64,000 bases of DNA, taken from NCBI GenBank assembly GCA_963514005.1, contig OY740781.1, positions 59,086,001 to 59,150,000 of the forward strand. The letters run 5' to 3'. The first letter of the stretch is position 1. Every line of letters starts with the position of its first letter. Of this stretch, positions 50,220-61,750 are shown piece after piece. Source of the stretch: Raja brachyura. Taxonomy: Eukaryota. The notes under the pieces are model-generated. The model saw nothing but the letters and a program-made list of their open reading frames with translations, made no database searches and had not been told where the DNA came from. The position numbers and the translations under genes were made by a program.

Positions 50220-50723
50220 GACAATAGACAATAAAAAATAGGTGCAGGAGTAGGCCATTCGAGCCAGCACCGCCTTCTCACCATATCCCCTGACTCCGCA
50301 ATCTTCAAGAGCTCTATCTAACTCTCTCTTGAAAGCATCCAGAGAATTGGCCTCCACTGCCTTCTGAGGCAGAGTATTCCACAGATTCACAACTCTCTGG
50401 GTGAAAAAGTTTTTCCTCATCTCCATTCTAAATGGCCTACCCCTAATTCTTAAACTGTGGCCCGTTCTGGATTCCCCCAACATCGGGAACATGTTTCCTG
50501 CCTCCAGCGTGTCCAATCCCTTAATAATCTTTTTTGTTTCAATAAGATCCCCTCTCATCCTAAATTCTAGAGTATACAAGCCCAGCTGCTCCATTCTTTC
50601 AACATATGACATTCCCTCCATTCCGGGAATTAACTTGTGAACCCACGCTGCCCTCCCTCAGTAGCTTTCAGTGATTGATGACCAAGGACCCCCAGATCTC
50701 ATTGTACTTCCCCTTTTTCCAAC
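50220..50723 (-). mobile_element. CR1 LINE 3' end
   Basis: Minus peptide GLYTLEFRMRGDLIE..IIKGLDTLEAGNMFPMLGESRTGHSLRIRGRPFRMEMRKNFFTQRVVNLWNTLPQ. Confidence 0.88.
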
Positions 50724-52400
50724 TGCCTATCCTGACTAAAATTATAAAATGGTAATTATTAAATATAAATAGTAACGGCATGGGAGAGTTATGCCTACCT
50801 AAGAGATCGATCTCTTAAGTAGGCATAATTCTCCGTGCCTTTCATCCGCAGTGCATGTAACATGCGAAGGTTTGTGCAGCCCATCTGCCGTTAACGCTGC
50901 TTCAAGCCATCAATTTCCAGGGGACTGAAGGCGCTGAAATTCTGCCTTTGCAGTGCTGTGCATGCGCAGCAGCATACTGCGCATGCGCAGGGCAAGTTTC
51001 TTGGCAGGTTTTTCAAACATGGATTGCCATTATCTTAAGAATATCTTAAGAAACAAAGAGAGAAGAATGGAGTTCATGTACAAATGATGTGGTAAGTCGA
51101 CTTCTTGGTGCTATATGTTTTTTAATTTCCCGGCAATGAAGACGTTATTTTTTACCCAAAAATAATGCACAAAAATTTACATGTGTCTTGGAAGCCGAAG
51201 TTGGAAGGTTGTTAGCTAAGAATGATAGACTTGGCTATCCTTCAGTACAGCAACATCAAGAATGATGTTGTTGTACTAATGGACAGCCAAGTCTACCCCT
51301 CATTGCTGGCAGCTGATGGGAAGCGGCTATAAAAGGACAGCGCCGCTGGGGAGGGGAGAAGGAGGGGGTCAGGGAGCGTACCAGCAACTCACTTGCCGCA
51401 ACATTCCTGGCGTGGAGCCACCGCATTGTGGCCGGGGTGAGAAGTAGCTCGGGTGGCTGCGAGCGGCCGCCGGGAACGGACAGCTCAGTTGGCTGCGACC
51501 GGCCGCCACCTCAGCTCCTTCTGCCTCCCCCCGCTCACCTCTGGCAATCCTCTCCATCTGAAAACCTATCTCCTGCCGCTCGCCAGCCTCACTAATGTCA
51601 GCCGCTTCCCGCATATCCTTAAATTCCGACAGCACGATCAAGGGACCAATTGAGGTTACTTGGCTGTCGGAATTTAAGGATTTGCAGGAAGCGGCTGACA
51701 TGAGCGAAACCGGCGAGCGGCAGGTGAGAGATGTTCAGACGGAGAGCACTGCCAGAGGTGAGCGGGCAGGTAGAAGGCGCTGAGATGGCATCCGCTGTCC
51801 GGTCCCAGCAGCCACTGGCAGCCACCCGAGCTACTTCTCTCCCCGCAGCAGTGGTGAGTGCGGGAATTACTGGCATGATCCCCAACCCCCTCCTTCTCAA
51901 TGCTCCTGCCCTGCCTGCAACTCTACCCCTGACCAGACGCCCCACACGCTGTGAAAGGAACTCTCCCCCCAATTAGTACCTTGAGTAAGTATTGTCTTTC
52001 AATAAGATCACAACTGATTCAACTTGTCCCAGTGATCTCCCTTTTTTCCCCACCATCTCTCCACCTGCCGTCACCCTCCACCCCCCCATCTATTCAGTAA
52101 TTCAGAATGAAGGAGATTTGGAAGCCTTGGGCAAATTGCTTTCTTTATTTTTATTTTTTGTGCGTGAGAAATTCTATGTCCCCCCAGCATTCTTTCAAAA
52201 TTTAGCAACTCAAAATGGGGGTGCGTTTTCATTTCCGGGAAATACGGTACTTTACTAAGAGAATTGGGATTTCGAAGACTTTATAAAAGTCAACTGACAA
52301 CTTACGGAGAGAACAATCTGCGCATGCGCGGTTTAAGATTTTTTTAAAGCCGACTGACTGCCTACCCTGAGTAATTACTCAAGGCACGTGCCTGGTAAAT
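50724..52400. mobile_element. Unclassified non-coding fold-back element with multiple internal palindromes
   Basis: Sits between two parts of a minus-strand CR1. Similar direct end motifs actgcctatcctgact / actgcctaccctgagt. Hairpins at 50777-50839, 51226-51295 and ~51365-51935. Confidence 0.55.
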
Positions 52401-52402
52401 AG

Positions 52403-53180
52403 CTGCGGTCCCAGCACTGAGCCTTGCGGTACCCCACTAGTCATTGCCTGCCATTCTGAAAGGGACCTATTAATCCCTACTCTTTGTTTCCTGTCTGCCA
52501 ACCAATCTTCTATCCATGTCAGTACCCTACCCCATGTGTGGGACCTTATCAAATGCTTTCTGAAAGTCCAGGTACACTACATCCACTGACGCTCCCTTGT
52601 CCATTTTCCTAGTTACATCCTCAAAAAATTCCAGATTAGTCAAGCATGATTTACCCTTCGTAAATCCATGCTGACTCGGACCGATCCTGTTACTGCTGTC
52701 CAAATAGAAACATAGAAACATAGAAACATAGAAACATAGAAATTAGGTGCAGGAGTAGGCCATTCGGCCCTTCGAGCCTGCACTGCCATTCAATATGATC
52801 ATGGCTGATCATCCAACTCAGCATCCTGTACCTGCCTTGTCTCCATATCCTCTGATCCCCTTAGCCATAAGGGCCACATCTAACTCCCTCTTAAATATAG
52901 CCAATGAACTGGCCTCAACTACCCTCTGTGGCAGAGAGTTCCGGAGTCTCACCACTCTGTGAAAAAAGTCTTTCTCATCTCGGTCTTAAAGGGTTTCCCC
53001 CTTATCCTTAAGCTGTGACCCCTTGTCCTGGACTTCCCCAACATCGGAAATGTGCCATTATTTCATCTTTTATAATTGACTCCAGCATCTTCCCCACCAC
53101 TGATGTCAGGCTAACTGGTCTATAATTCCTTGTTTTCTCTCTTCCGCCTTGCTTTAAAAGTGGGATAACATTAGCTACCC
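52403..53180 (-). mobile_element. CR1 RT fragment with a nested younger CR1 3' end (52704-53050) carrying a (CATAGAAA)n tail
   Basis: Minus peptide SQHGFTKGKSCLTNLEFFEDVT..YLDFQKAFDKVPH. Repeat atagaaac x4-5 at 52704-52742. Confidence 0.85.
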
Positions 53181-53185
53181 ATCAT

Positions 53186-54136
53186 CATTTATCATTTGCA
53201 AAGTCAGCATGGATTTACAAAAGGTAAATCATGTCTGACGAATCTTATAGAATTTTTCGAGGATGTAACTAGTAGAGTGAATAAGGGGGAACCAGTGGAT
53301 GTGTTATATCTGGACTTTCAGAAGGCTTTTGACAAGGTCCCACATAAGAGATTAGTATACAAATTTAAAGCACACGGTATTGGGGGTTCAGTATTGATGT
53401 GGATAGAGAACTGGCTGGCAGACAGGAAGCAAAGAGTAGGAGTAAACGTGTACTTTTCAAAATGGCAGGCAGTGACGAGTGGGGTACCGCAAGGCTCAGT
53501 GCTGGGACCCAGCTATTTACAATATATATTAATGATTTGGACGAGGGAATTGAATGCAACATCTCCAAGTTTGTGGATGACATGAAGCTGGGGGTAAGTG
53601 TTAGCTGTGAGGAGGATGCTAGGAGGCTGCAATAAGGAGACTTGGATAGGCTGGGTGAGAGGGCAAATGCATGGCGGATGCAGTATAATGTGGATAAATG
53701 TGAGGTTATCCACTTTGGTGGCAAAAACAGGAAAGTAGACTATTATCTGAATGGTGGCCGATTAGGAAAAGGGGAGATGCAACGAGACCTGGGTGTCATG
53801 GTACACCAGTCATTGAAAGTAGGCATGCAGGTGCAGCAGGCAGTGAAGAAAGCGAATGGTATGTTGGCATTCATAACAAAAGGATTTGAGTATAGGAGCA
53901 GGGAGGTTCTACTGCAGTTGTACAGGGTCTCGGTGAGACCACACCTGGAGTACTGCGTACAGTTTTGGTCTCCTAATCTGAGGAAAGACATTCTTGCCAT
54001 AGAGGGAGTACAGAGAAGTTTCACCAGACTGATTCCTGGGATGTCAGGACTTTCATATGAAGAAAGAATGGATGGACTCGGCTTGTACTCGCTAGAATTT
54101 AAAAGATTGAGGGGGGATCTTATAGAAACTTACAAC
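53186..54136 (+). mobile_element. CR1 LINE RT region (frameshifted)
   Basis: QHGFTKGKSCLTNLIEFFEDVT..VTSGVPQGSVLGP, ISKFVDDMKL and WRMQYNVDKCEVIHFG. Confidence 0.92.
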
Positions 54137-54690
54137 ATTTTTTTTTTGTTTTTGTTTATATTATTAGAAGTTAATACAGTACAAAACAATATAGTGGCAC
54201 CTAATTTTAGGTGCCAGCTATGTTATAACATAATACATTCTATGTACAACCTCTAGTTTTATGTTTTTGAAAAGGAAGTAAAAAAAGATAGAGAGAAGAA
54301 AATGAGGAAAAATAGATAGTAGAAAATAGAAAAACGTGAAGTGTGTATATAAGAAAAGAGAAAGTAGAAAGTAGAAATAGGAGAAAAAGACCCTGAAAAA
54401 AGAAAAATTTCTAATCTTTGTTTGGAGATGTAATTCTATCCATGACCTGACCTGAAATCAGTAATCTTTACGGTGCTGCTGTATCACATGTTTCCAAAAT
54501 GTCGATGAAAGGGGACCAACTCCTTAAGAATTGGTCATATTTATCTATTAGGCGGAGTCTCATTTCTTCAAGGTGAGCTATGTCCGTCATATTACTAATC
54601 CACATTTTAATAGTTGGTACAGCTGTATTTTTCCAAAATTTAAGTATCAATTTCTTTCCAATTATTAACCCATATTAAACAATATGGGTT
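54137..54690 (-). mobile_element. L1-clade LINE 3' end (ORF2 C-terminus, 3' UTR, poly-A)
   Basis: Minus peptide ILKFWKNTAVPTIKMWISNMTDIAHLEEMRLRLIDKYDQFLRSWSPFI resembles fish-type L1 ORF2 ends. Poly-T on the + strand at 54138-54153. Confidence 0.7.
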
Positions 54691-54807
54691 AATAATGAAC
54701 AATAAATGTCTAAACACCAGTTGGTGACCATTTTTGGGCCACTGCATGATTCTAGAAATGTCTGCTAATTTTAGATAGTTGGGTGCATTTATAGTAGTGC
54801 ATTGTCA

Positions 54808-55075
54808 ACAGTGGCACAACTAAGAGTTCCAGCAACCCGCAGTTTTAACCCCGACCTTCAGTGCTGTCTATATGGAATTTGTACATTCTCCTTGTGAAAT
54901 TACTTGGATTTCCTCCGAATGCTCCAGTTTCCCCTGCATCTCAAAAGATGTCTGGTTGATAGGTTAATGGGCCACTGTAAGTATCCTCTAGTATGCATGT
55001 GAGTGCTCAGTGTGGTGGGAGTTTAATAGGATTGGTGAGAAAATAAAATGGTGCAGAATGATTGTATATGGGTGT
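54808..55075 (+). mobile_element. Degraded V-SINE
   Basis: gtgctgtctatatggaatttgtacattctccttgtg..ggatttcctccgaatgctccagtttcc..aggttaatggg. Confidence 0.65.
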
Positions 55076-55085
55076 TTTTAAATGA

Positions 55086-55318
55086 TGATAGACATAAAAT
55101 GCTAGCGTAACTCAGCGGGACACGCAGCATCTCCGGTTAGAGGAATGGGTGACTTTTTGGCTCGAGACCCAGCTTTAGACTCCATATCTGAAGAAGGGTC
55201 TTGACCCGAAACATCATCAATTCCTTCTACCCAGAGATGCTGCCTGTCCCGCTGAGTTACTCCAGCAATTTTGTGTCTGTCTTCATTGTAAACCATCATC
55301 TGCAGTTCCTTTGTACAC
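55086..55318. mobile_element. Palindromic short repeat (inverted pair of Penelope-end-like units)
   Basis: Arm gtaactcagcgggacacgcagcatctc pairs with gagatgctgcctgtcccgctgagttac. The centre contains ctgaagaagggtcttgacccgaaacatc. Confidence 0.7.
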
Positions 55319-56759
55319 TTTTTTAAAGGCTGGTCAGTTAGAACATGTTCGGCTGGACAGCCAGTCTTCATGTTGATCGACTCACTGACACTCTAACGTA
55401 CGAAACACCTTATATTTGAAGAAATCGATTGGAGGGAGCTGGCAGCTCGAGGAGTTATTCCCACTGACAAACATTTTTTTAAATGTAAATGATTGTATCA
55501 GACCAATGTACAGTGTTGTACAAATGTGTCTAAAATAAAGAGTTTGGTTATCTGTTTGCCACGATGCTCTTACATAATTGCATTTGATGCTAAAGATGTG
55601 GTCACTTAACAAAGTCAGTTTGAATGCTTGTCTTGTAGAACACCTCTCTTCAGTCTACATACTGTATGACCTTGAGTTTCCAGTTGCCTATCATATTAAT
55701 TCTCAATTTCATACCCACGCTATTGATCTTCTGGACATTTCCAACATTTTCTCTCAGGTTCAGAAGAAGCTCTGACCTGCATTTCATTGCCTTTCATTGA
55801 TTTCCCTCTTACCAGATAATTAAATAAACTTCTGAATGATGTTTAAAACTCTACCTTCAACTTAACAGAGGTATAGCCTTTATCTTAGCCAGTCTGAAGA
55901 GGGGTTCCAACCTGAAATGTCACCTATTCCTTTTCTTCAGAGATGCTGCCCGACCTGTTGACTTACTCCATCATTTTGTATTTATCTTCGGTATATTTCA
56001 GCATCTGCAGTTCCTTCGTACACAAAGGTATAGTCTTTGTTCTTTCAATCCTCCAACACTCTCTATGCAACCTAACACTACAATTTTTTCTCACTTATCC
56101 CAGTTCTGATGAAGGGTTTTCAACCTAAAAAACAATTTCCATTTCCCTCTCCACAGATGGCACGTAGCCTACTGAATGTATTTTCAGTTCTGTTAATTTT
56201 AGTTTCACTTTTGTGGCTCCTTGCAGTCTTTAAAACATTAGAATGAAAACAAATCATTATTAAGCTTAACTTACTGAAGAAAATGGTGGCAAATATTTTT
56301 CTAATACTACTCTCTATGCCCAAGGACAAATAAAAAGAGGTTCAAATCAGTCATTCAGCAAATGTATTGCATTCTTTATAACATGCAAATATAAAGCAGA
56401 ATGCAAAGACCCGTTTGATTGCTGAAATTAATTTATATATTTCCTCACCTCACACCACATTATGTACTGATCTACCTTTTCCATTAAAATCTCCTATATG
56501 TATTGCCTTAATCAATGCATATGGTAAAAGGTTTTATGTCCATTGTACAGCTGCTTCAGAAGGAAACTTCCCTTGAGTTCTTATTAAGTTTACTCAAGAG
56601 TAAAGAGTACTTTTATCAAGAGTTGATGAAAGAATATTGACCTGAAAAAGTGACTCATCTGCTCTCTCCACTGACACTGTTTAACTTGAACAGCAACTCC
56701 AGCAAGCCAATCCACCTGGATTATGGATACAGGTCAGAAGATGGGTCACAACCCACAAT

Positions 56760-56942
56760 TTAAGAGGGCTATATTTAAGAGGGCATTAGATGTGGCACTT
56801 GTGGCTAAAGGGATCAGGGGGTATGGAGAGAAGGCAGGTACGGGATACTGAGTTGGATGATCAGCCATGATCACATTGAATGGCGGTGCAGGCTCGAAGG
56901 GCCGAATGGCCTACTCCTGCACCTATTTTCTATGTTTCTATA
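56760..56942 (+). mobile_element. CR1 3' tail
   Basis: ggatgatcagccatgatcacattgaatggcggtgcaggctcgaagggccgaatggcctactcctgcacctattttctatgtttctat. Confidence 0.85.
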
Positions 56943-57304
56943 TCACCTGTTCTCCAAAGATGCTGTCTAACCCACTGAGTTACTCCAGCTTTCTGTGTCT
57001 ATCTTCAGTTTAAACCAGCATCTGCAGTTCCTTCCTATGCATTGTGGAAGTGAGCATTGATGACGTGCAGGGCTTACATGTAAGTAAAAGCACTTGGTGA
57101 CACAAGGAACTGCAGATGCTGGGATCTTGAGTAAAACACAAAGTACTTTAATAATGGGTTTGGCAACATCAGTGGAGAGAATGGATAGGCAATGTTTTGG
57201 GTTGGACCTTTCTTCAGTAGGGGGAGAGAAAGTTGGAAGAAAGGTGGAAATGCGGCAAACCCTAGTAAATGAGGGAGTATTTGATTGGCAGATGGTCGAG
57301 TTAA

Positions 57305-57758
57305 ACCCCTGTCCCACTTTGGCGATTTTGTAGGCGACTACAGGCGACTAGGCTGTCGCAACATGGTCCCCCTGGTGTCATCGCCTGTATGGTCATGATT
57401 AGTCTCCTCAGTCACCCAAGGAATCGTAGCGTTTTTCTGGTCCCCGCTGGATTTTGAAATGTTCAAAACGTTTCAGAAACAGTCGGCGACAGTTGGCTTG
57501 TTGTAGGTTGTCGCCAGGATGATGTAGATTGTCGCCAGGATGATGTAGGTTGTCGCAGGTGCTGACTTCGGTGAATTCCATTGACGACCACCTACGTCAA
57601 CCGGCGACACGTACTGGCGACTGAATTGTCTTACCTTGTCGTAGCTTGTCGCGGAGGGGGGGGGGGGGGGGGTCCAGTCGCCTTTTTTTCAGCGACCTGT
57701 TATGACTCTGACAGTCGACGGCAGTCGCCGAAAATATCGTCTAAGTGGGACAGGCACA
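57305..57758. mobile_element. MITE, PIF/Harbinger-like
   Basis: TIRs cctgtcccactt..gcgatttt / aaaatatcg..aagtgggacagg, TWA-type flanks, and many internal ggcgac/gtcgcc motifs. Confidence 0.7.
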
Positions 57759-58849
57759 TAAGTGACAAAGGCTGGTGCTAGGCAAGGTAACAGAGATCAA
57801 ATGCTGCTGGTAAATTGTATATGCTACAATGGATAAAAGGAAGAAATACAGAAACATGGTCAGTTCAAATTCTCTATCTAAAATTACACTGAACATTAAA
57901 ATAAACACTTCAGAAGCAGGTGCTTTTTAGAGTAAATAAACTACTTTGAACTTAGTGAATTTGTAAAGGTTCAAAGATTACACAGTGGCTGAGTGAAAGC
58001 ATAAAGCACTGATAGTGAATTTTCGATTAGTTTGTCAAATCTCAATGAAAACTCTGTTTGACCTTCAGCTTCACCCTGAAGCTAATTTTTATGTTGACTT
58101 TCCATTGAGGTAACTGGTAGTTGCTGCAGAATAAACAATCACTTCGCAGTTGTATTCTGAACCTCATCCTTTCCTGAATTCTGGCTTATGGAATATGAAA
58201 TGCCTGTTAAGGGTATTACTGGAGTAAGGATTAAAATGAAAGAAAGCAGTATTCAAAATATATGACACTTAATATATTTAGTAAGTGTAAGTGTTGAAAA
58301 CATTCATTTGGTGAAGGTGTCCATGGAGCGAGAATGAGAACATTGGATTCTGATCAATAATCTTTCATCAGAACTCGGAGGCTTTCCAACGCACATTAAA
58401 AGCAGCAGACATAATGAACGTCAGATGCTGGATTCCTGCATAGAACACAAAGTGCTGGAGAACTTCAGCGGGACAGGCAGCATCTCTGGAGAACATAGAT
58501 AGGCGGTTCGGGTTGGAACCCTTCTTCAGATTGATGGCAGTGGGGGAGAGAAGGATGGAAAAGAGGTGGGTGGGGAGGGTGGGGGGGGGGATCAAAGCTT
58601 GGCAATTGATAGTTGGATACCAGTGCAGGCGGGTTTTGAAAGGCAGATGGATGCACAAACCCAGAAAATGAGATATTAACTCTCTCTCTGCCACTCCCAT
58701 TGTGACTTTTCTGTCTTTGGCCTAGTCCGCTGCAAGTGAAACCGCATATAAATTGGAGGAATTGCGCATCATCTTCTGCTTGGGTGGCCTATAATCTAAT
58801 GGTATGAACATTGAATCATCATTTAGGTAACACCCTCACTTTTGTTCCG

Positions 58850-59596
58850 CACTGGGGCACCGTACGATTGACAGCCTCACCAAAACTGTCTGTTTTTTCG
58901 TCTTTAATGTGATTTTAATGTGTTGAAAGTTTGTTTTAAAGTTCTCTGGTTTGTTTTATGTGGGGGAGGGGAGAGGGTCAGGGGAAACTTTTTTTTCAAT
59001 CTCTTACTCTGCCGGAGATGCGATTTCTTTCTGGATCGTATCTGGATCGTATCGCCGGTCACTCTGCGGCCTAATATCTTGGAGCTGGAGGCCTTGCTCG
59101 GGACTGACTTTGAGCTCCACCGTGGGGTTACCATTGGAGCCGATCCCTTGCCTGGGATCGCTCCAACTGCGACCTGCGGACTTTACCATCGAGAGCTCGC
59201 AGTCTCGGTGGAGGCCGTGGATGTCGGGAGCCTCAACGTCGCAGAAGGTTCAACAAGTCCCGACCCGTGGCCCGATCGCTCGGCGCGGGGGAGCTGAGAT
59301 CTCCCTGATCAGGAGTGATCGCCCCGATGTGGCGGGTCTGAACGCCACAGGTTACGGGAGTAAGATCGTCCCATCAACGGAAGGCTCGATGCCCAAGACA
59401 AAGAAGGGAAGAGACTGAACTTTTTTTTGCCTTCCATCACAGTGAAGAATGTGGAAGAGTCACTGTGGTGGATGTTTATGTTAAAATTTATTTTGTGTGT
59501 TCTGTTGCTTTTTATTTGTATGACCCTTGGCAAATGAAATTCCTTGTATGTTGCAAAACATACTTGGCTAATAAAATATTATTGCATTGAATTGTT
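58850..59596 (+). mobile_element. Non-autonomous retroposon with a GC/CpG-rich body and LINE-like 3' tail
   Basis: CpG-rich body in an AT-rich context. Ends in a stem-loop gtatgtt-gcaa-aacatac, AATAAA and an (attg)-type repeat. Confidence 0.5.
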
Positions 59597-60350
59597 TTGT
59601 AGGAAGGAAACGAAGATAGACACAAAATGCTGGAGTAATTCAGCGGGACAGGCAGCATCTCTGGAGAGAAGGAAGGGGTGATGTTTTGGGTTGAGACCCT
59701 TCAGAATTTGAAGAAGGGGTTTGACCCGAAACATCACCCACGCATTCTCTCCAGAGATGCTGCCTGTCCCACTGAGTTACTCCAGTATTTTGTGTCTACC
59801 CTCGTTTTTTTTTCTCTTCTTCCCCCCCACCCACTCATCATCTCAGTACGCACCCAATTCTCTCACTATGCCAGATAGACAAAAGTGCTGGAGAAACTCA
59901 GCGGGTGTAGCAGCATCTATGGAGCGAAGGAAATAGGCAACGTTTCAGGCCAAAACCCTTCTTTAGACTCTCACTATGCCAGCACCCTTCTCCCCCTCCC
60001 CACATCCTGTCCCTTTCCACCTATATCCCTCCCTCTGGATTTACATTTCATTCCTCTTCTACTCTTATCTGATACTCTTTTGTTTCCTTGTTTCCTTTAG
60101 TTCCCTTTTGTCACTCTTTTGTCTCCTTTTTATCTCTGGGCTTTGTCCACCTATCTGCTGATTAAAAAAAAACACCCTCACCAGTATTTACCCATCACTT
60201 GCCTGGCTTTACCCCACCCCCATCATTTTTCCAGACTTCTCTCTCTTATTACAATCGGGATGAAGAAGGGTCCCAACCCGAAACATCGCCAATCCATGTA
60301 CTCCAAAGATGCTGCCTGACCCGTTCAGTTACTCCAACTTTGTGTTCTAT
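59597..60350. mobile_element. Cluster of palindromic Penelope-end-like short repeats
   Basis: Multiple units of agatagacacaaaatgctggagtaa..cagcatctctggag and tgaagaaggg..acccgaaacatc in both orientations. Confidence 0.65.
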
Positions 60351-61059
60351 TATAAAGCAGCATCCACATGAATGCTGCCTGAAATTCACACATATTACAT
60401 AAACCCAGTGGCAGTAAGCAAAAGGCAGGGTAGCATTTAAAATAAACCTATTGACATTGTACTTCCTCTCCAGTGGAACACACAAATTCTGAGATCAAGT
60501 ACACAGAGGAGGATACAATTTATCCCAGTTGACTATAATGTAAGAGGAAGGGAGGGAATGGGTATGTTGGAATTAAATATTATTGCCCATGCGACTTAGC
60601 ATTGGTGTTGTTTTATGTATTTTCTTAGTAATCTGCTTCATGACAATGACGTCAACTTCACAAAACTAAGAAGAACAAGCAATATATTCCCATTGCCATA
60701 CACTTTAGGGGCTGTATTTTCCACACATTTCAGGCAGAAAATCTGTCAAGGGAACAGTGTTGGCAATTTGGATGCCCTGCACAAGATTTGTCCAAACTTG
60801 TTATTTTTCACCCCTCCTCTTCCCCACCCCACTCATGCCACTTTGTATTTGAGAGCCTTTGGATCAGAAGAACCATGAAGGTTTATAGAAGGACAAAGAA
60901 CTGTTGGCACATCTGGGTCACCTTCTCCTCTGTCTGAACGAAAAACAATTGTGGTGATTAACATAGCCTTTATTATTTCCTATCTTATTTCTCTTTTGTT
61001 TAAAAAAAATGCGCATCTATTATTGAGCCTCCAATGTTACTGGGGTAGATAGATGTGCT

Positions 61060-61750
61060 GAGAGTCATCATATTGTTCAGTAAAGGGCCGTTCAACCCAA
61101 TTTACCTATGCTGACCAATATCCCCTCCACACTAGTCCCAGCCACCTGCATATGGCCCATATATTATCATATAATAGATTACCCATATAAACCTGTCACA
61201 CTTGCCACGTCTCCAAGCACTTGATGCTCTTTCCACACTCCTCCCCTGAGCTATAAGGAATTACACCTGTGTTTAATCTGCTCCCCTAATCTATCACTTG
61301 GTATAAATGCCTGAGATCATCACCAATTGGGTACTGACTAACCAGTTAAGCATTCTGTCAGTTCAATAGCAGTTCTAAGTTCTGTTGGTTCCAAGTATAT
61401 ATTTTTTTGGTTCCAGTCATGTCTGGGTTTTGGGTTTTCTTCAATACTTCTCGGTGAGCTTGCATTCAAGTCCTTTCTATTTCTGAACAACTTACCTATA
61501 TATATTACCCATATAAACCAATCTTATCCTTGCCCCTGTCCAAATGTTTTTTTTTGATGTTGTGATGGTACCTGCTTCAACTACCCCCTCTGGAAGCTCG
61601 TTCCATATACCTACTGACTTTGTGTAAAAACCTTGCCCCTCGGGTTCCTAAGTAATCTTTCCCCCCTTGCCTTAAACCTATGTTCTCTGCTTCTTAATTT
61701 CCCTACTCTGAGTAAGAAAAAAATACGCATTTACCTTATCTATTCCACTC
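61060..61750 (-). mobile_element. Old CR1 3'-end remnant interrupted by a ~310-bp insert
   Basis: ctagtccca..cctgcatatggcccatat on the left and cctgtccaaatg..gtacctgcttcaactacc..ctctggaagctcgttccatatac on the right. Confidence 0.6.

Noticed and set aside
51369-51976. Mirror-image ORFs on both strands (MSAAS..SLNSDS)
   Set aside because: An artefact of the long inverted repeat, not evidence of coding.
53642-54256. 204-aa ORF as a host gene
   Set aside because: It is a CR1 reverse-transcriptase C-terminal fragment running into an L1 tail.
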